From a virus (taxonomy: Duplodnaviria; Heunggongvirae; Uroviricota; Caudoviricetes), in IMG/VR virus record IMGVR_UViG_3300029522_000074: a stretch of DNA of 64,000 nucleotides, one strand, 5' to 3'. Shown here piece by piece: positions 60,450-64,000 of this stretch (position 1 is its first letter; each line of letters begins with the position of its first letter). The notes under the pieces are model-generated. The model did no database searches and was not told the DNA's origin. It worked only from the letters and a program-made list of their open reading frames with translations. A program made the position numbers and the translations under genes.

Positions 60450-62441
60450 ATGGCACAGTTAATAGTCGAAGGTTCAAATGGTCATCATTATTTTGAGCTT
60501 AATGTTTTTGAAACTTCTTATGACATTTCAAATAATTCAAGCGAAGTATATTATTCCTTAAATCTTGACGAATATAGTGGAGGGTGGAACTGGGATTGGA
60601 GTGGTTCACCAGATAAAATACAAGTACGTGTTACAATTGATGATGAAGATTTTTACAGCAATATTCCTGTATTTAATTGCGAAAAAACCACCATTATATC
60701 TGGATATAAAACAATATATCATAATTCTGATGGAACAAAAAATATTGATTTTAGCTTTGGCGTAAACGACACTACTGGTCAATATTATACTTGTGGTGAT
60801 GCAAGTGGTTCTGGTGATATTGATTTAACCACTATTCCCCGATCCGCATCATGTGAATCATTTTCTAAACCAAATGATTTATCTGGTACATTTTCTGTAT
60901 CATGTGCAACCCAAACAGATTCTTATTATTATAATCTAAGAATCAGTATTCCAAATATAATTAAAATTAAGGATATTGAATTAGGTAATAGAGGAGCTTA
61001 TTCTTTTTCTGCCACTTTTTCTTTTAGTAAATCTGAGAGAGAAAGTATATATAATAGATATAATAATCAGAATTCTGTAACCATAGGAGTTGTTGTTGAA
61101 ACATACTCTGATTCTGGATATTCAAATAAAATTGGCGAAAGTGACGAACTTACGCAAGTTGTAAGTTTTGTTTCGTCAGAGGTGCAACCTGATATATCTT
61201 GTGTAGTTTCAGATCCAACAAATTTTAAAGATGCCGTTGGTGGAGGAAAATTTATACAAAATATTTCTAAGGTTATGATTACTCCGAGTGCCACAATGAA
61301 ATATGGCGCAACTTTTTCAAATGCAAGAGTATCTTTAGATGGAATGACTTATACAAGTAGTTCATTATCTTCAATAACAAGTAACGTTATTAAATTTTTA
61401 TCTCTAAATTCTATATTTGACAATCTTCCATTAACACTAACTATAACAGATTCAAGAAATATATCTTCTACATATTCAACTAATATTGAAGTATATAGAT
61501 ATATATATCCTTATGTAGATATCTTCGAAGCAGTAAGATGTGATGACAATGGAACTCCAAACGAAGAAGGATATAATATAAAATTAAATATTAGTTCATA
61601 TATATATAAATTAAATGACAATACACACACCTTTACGGTCAAAATTAAGAAAGCATCCGATTCTACTTATAATAGTATTGATAAACTTACTGATTTACCT
61701 GGCGTATATGACACTTTGACTGGAATATATAAATTTGAGAATAATGCCATAATTAAAGGTGTGTCTACCGAATATTCATATGATATAGTCTTAATCTTAA
61801 ACGACACTATTAAAGGCGAATCCAGTTGTCATATTAGATTAGGTGTGGGTTATTCTTTAATTGATATTCATCCTTCGGCAAAAGGCGTAGCTTTTGGTAA
61901 AGTGTCGGAATATGAAGCTTTTGAATGTGCTATGCCATCCAGATTTACAAAAGATGTTTTGATTACAGATAATCTTAATGTGGGAGGAACTAGCATAGTT
62001 CAAGATCTTATTGGTGACACAGCAAAATTCACTGATATTAAAATAGATGATGGCTTAGAAATTCCTGTACTCTATGATAAATTAAATCAACGAGCCACAA
62101 CAACATCATCAGATAAAGAGGCATTCCAGCGTTCATGGACTATTAATGGCACTGGTTTATTTATTCTTAATGCCGCAGTATGGACAGATACGACTAGCGA
62201 TTATGGAACTACTGCTTGTGCTATATATGTTAATAGTGCATGTGTTACGGCAAATACACATCGTTATGGAGAATCATCAAATGCCGTTGAATTAGACGCA
62301 GGAGCGACATTTGTGTACTGGTTTCAAAACGTAGAAAATGTAAGTGTATTGCTAAAAGCAGGTTCAACAAAGACTGGAACAAAGACACTTACTTATACCT
62401 CTCAAGGTTTATTTGGTTTAACAGTATTGGAAGCTGCTTAA
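60450..62441 (+). CDS. Minor tail protein, DUF859-like
   Basis: N.S.V, I.HNSDGTK, LTTIPRSAS, RCDDNGT and GVAFGKVSE motifs. Confidence 0.7.
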   Translation: MAQLIVEGSNGHHYFELNVFETSYDISNNSSEVYYSLNLDEYSGGWNWDWSGSPDKIQVRVTIDDEDFYSNIPVFNCEKTTIISGYKTIYHNSDGTKNIDFSFGVNDTTGQYYTCGDASGSGDIDLTTIPRSASCESFSKPNDLSGTFSVSCATQTDSYYYNLRISIPNIIKIKDIELGNRGAYSFSATFSFSKSERESIYNRYNNQNSVTIGVVVETYSDSGYSNKIGESDELTQVVSFVSSEVQPDISCVVSDPTNFKDAVGGGKFIQNISKVMITPSATMKYGATFSNARVSLDGMTYTSSSLSSITSNVIKFLSLNSIFDNLPLTLTITDSRNISSTYSTNIEVYRYIYPYVDIFEAVRCDDNGTPNEEGYNIKLNISSYIYKLNDNTHTFTVKIKKASDSTYNSIDKLTDLPGVYDTLTGIYKFENNAIIKGVSTEYSYDIVLILNDTIKGESSCHIRLGVGYSLIDIHPSAKGVAFGKVSEYEAFECAMPSRFTKDVLITDNLNVGGTSIVQDLIGDTAKFTDIKIDDGLEIPVLYDKLNQRATTTSSDKEAFQRSWTINGTGLFILNAAVWTDTTSDYGTTACAIYVNSACVTANTHRYGESSNAVELDAGATFVYWFQNVENVSVLLKAGSTKTGTKTLTYTSQGLFGLTVLEAA

Positions 62442-62490
62442 AGGAGTATATATTTCATATACTCCTTATTTTATTAGAAAGGAGAAAAAG

Positions 62491-63636
62491 ATGCAAACAA
62501 TTGCTAAAATTTCACTGGATTTGTACAACAAGAACATTGTTAAGGTATCGGCAAAACAATATGATACTGGACGTGGAATCGAAGTTACATGTACACACAA
62601 TGGCATAATATACGATGTTGATACTAATACTACAAGTGCCTTTGTACGATTTAAGAAGCCAGATGGTTTTAATGTCTTTAATCAATGTGAAATTGTAAAT
62701 AATAGAATCATGATTGAATTAACACAGCAAATGTTGGTCGTTCCAGGTAAATGTGATGTAGATGTCATGATTATGCGTAAAGTATATTCATTAGGTGAAA
62801 AGTCGATTGATGATATTATTCAGTTAGATGCACCCATAGTATCAACTATGAATTTTACACTCAATATTGAACCGATTCCTATTGATTATGATGATATTGA
62901 ATCTTCTTATGAATTCGATGCACTCACAGAAGCTTTGGCTCATTTAGACAAACAAGATAAAATCATCAAAGACTTCCAAGACGATTTGAAAAATCATAAG
63001 TTTGTTTTAACAGATGATAAGAATGTAGCAAATGGAATTGCCCCTCTTGATATAAACAAAAAAATTCTTAGTGAAAATATAAATTTTGGTACTACAACTG
63101 GAACTGTGTTTGAAGGTAGTCGTGGTAAGACTGTTGAAAGTAATTTAGATGCACATGTTACGAATAGGAGTAATCCTCATTCAGTAACAAAGTCTCAGGT
63201 AGGTCTTGGAAACGTTGATAATACAGCTGATGCAAATAAATCTGTTAAATACGCTACAAGTGCAGGTTCAACTACTACAGCTACAAAAGCGACACAAGAT
63301 TCAGCTGGTCAGCAGATTAATACAACATACATTAAAAGTTTATCTGTAAGTGGCAAAGTAATTACTTATGCCAAAGGCGATGGAACTACAGGTACTATTA
63401 CTACGCAAGATACAAATACAACGAATACTACGGGTTCAACAAATACATCAAGTAAGATATTCTTGGTTGGTGCTACTTCACAAGCAGCATCTCCCGTAAC
63501 ATACTCTCATGATACGGCTTATGTTGGAACTGATGGATGTTTATATAGCAACAGCACTAGAGTTGTGTCTGAAGTAACGCAATCTACAGAACCAACAATA
63601 CAAAAAACTGGTGATTATTGGATCATCGAGGGATAA
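62491..63636 (+). CDS. BppU-like baseplate upper / tail-fibre protein
   Basis: AKQYDTGR...FKKPDG N-terminus; NPHSVTKSQVGLGNVDNTADANK fibre motif. Confidence 0.7.
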   Translation: MQTIAKISLDLYNKNIVKVSAKQYDTGRGIEVTCTHNGIIYDVDTNTTSAFVRFKKPDGFNVFNQCEIVNNRIMIELTQQMLVVPGKCDVDVMIMRKVYSLGEKSIDDIIQLDAPIVSTMNFTLNIEPIPIDYDDIESSYEFDALTEALAHLDKQDKIIKDFQDDLKNHKFVLTDDKNVANGIAPLDINKKILSENINFGTTTGTVFEGSRGKTVESNLDAHVTNRSNPHSVTKSQVGLGNVDNTADANKSVKYATSAGSTTTATKATQDSAGQQINTTYIKSLSVSGKVITYAKGDGTTGTITTQDTNTTNTTGSTNTSSKIFLVGATSQAASPVTYSHDTAYVGTDGCLYSNSTRVVSEVTQSTEPTIQKTGDYWIIEG

Positions 63637-63656
63637 TTGAAAGGAGGAAATAAAAT

Positions 63657-64000
63657 ATGGCACTTTCATCTGGTTATAAAAAAATAACTAGAACACAAAA
63701 ACAGTCCGATGGAAATTATAAAAAAATTTCTGAATGGACATCTTCTACAAGTGTTGAACGTGATAATGGTGAAACAATAGAAACTTCAGTATCAAAATTA
63801 GAGAGCGATCTATCTTCTCTTTCTAAGACGGTTACGAACAATAAAACTTCGTGGGGAGATAAATACACTAAAAATGAGATTGATAATAAATTTTCTACTT
63901 TGGAAACAAACATTGATTGGAAAGAGAGTGTAGCAACGTATAGCGACATTGCAAAAACGTATCCTAATCCTGCTGATGGATGGACGGTAAACGTAAAAGA
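63657..64000 (+). CDS. Tail-associated protein, truncated by the window end
   Basis: AAGGAGG RBS; MALSSGYKK...DKYTKNEIDNKFSTLETNIDWKESV... Confidence 0.65.
   Translation, partial: MALSSGYKKITRTQKQSDGNYKKISEWTSSTSVERDNGETIETSVSKLESDLSSLSKTVTNNKTSWGDKYTKNEIDNKFSTLETNIDWKESVATYSDIAKTYPNPADGWTVNVK

Noticed and set aside
1..64000. CRISPR array, DGR or retron
   Set aside because: No regularly spaced repeats, reverse transcriptase or TR/VR pair seen by eye

Overview
This AT-rich window is the middle/late region of a large SPbeta-like siphophage (or prophage), most likely of a Firmicutes host (Clostridia/Lachnospiraceae-like). From left to right it contains: a short leftward arm with about 1.2 kb of hairpin-dense non-coding DNA ending in a tRNA-like element; a G-poor non-coding spacer; ParB-like and HTH genes behind 15-bp repeats; a YonO-type single-subunit RNA polymerase; five tRNA genes and a roughly 780-nt GOLLD-like RNA; a tyrosine recombinase; type I toxin-antitoxin-like morons; terminase, portal and capsid genes; a cysteine desulfurase beside the holin/endolysin genes; and the tail module. 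The main result concerns the tape-measure gene, which is split into two parts (41535-46094 and 50229-55328) by a 4134-nt insert. The insert starts with a group I intron-like ribozyme core, has a U.G 5' splice site and a terminal omega-G, and carries a guide sequence forming a 21-bp helix with the start of exon 2 about 4.1 kb away. Removing it restores one in-frame ORF of about 3219 aa. Instead of a homing endonuclease, the insert carries nine small genes on both strands with their own promoters and terminators. It therefore looks like a giant cargo-carrying, possibly trans-splicing, group I intron acting as an accessory-gene island inside an essential virion gene. All calls come from reading the sequence and recalled family motifs; no database searches or folding programs were run.
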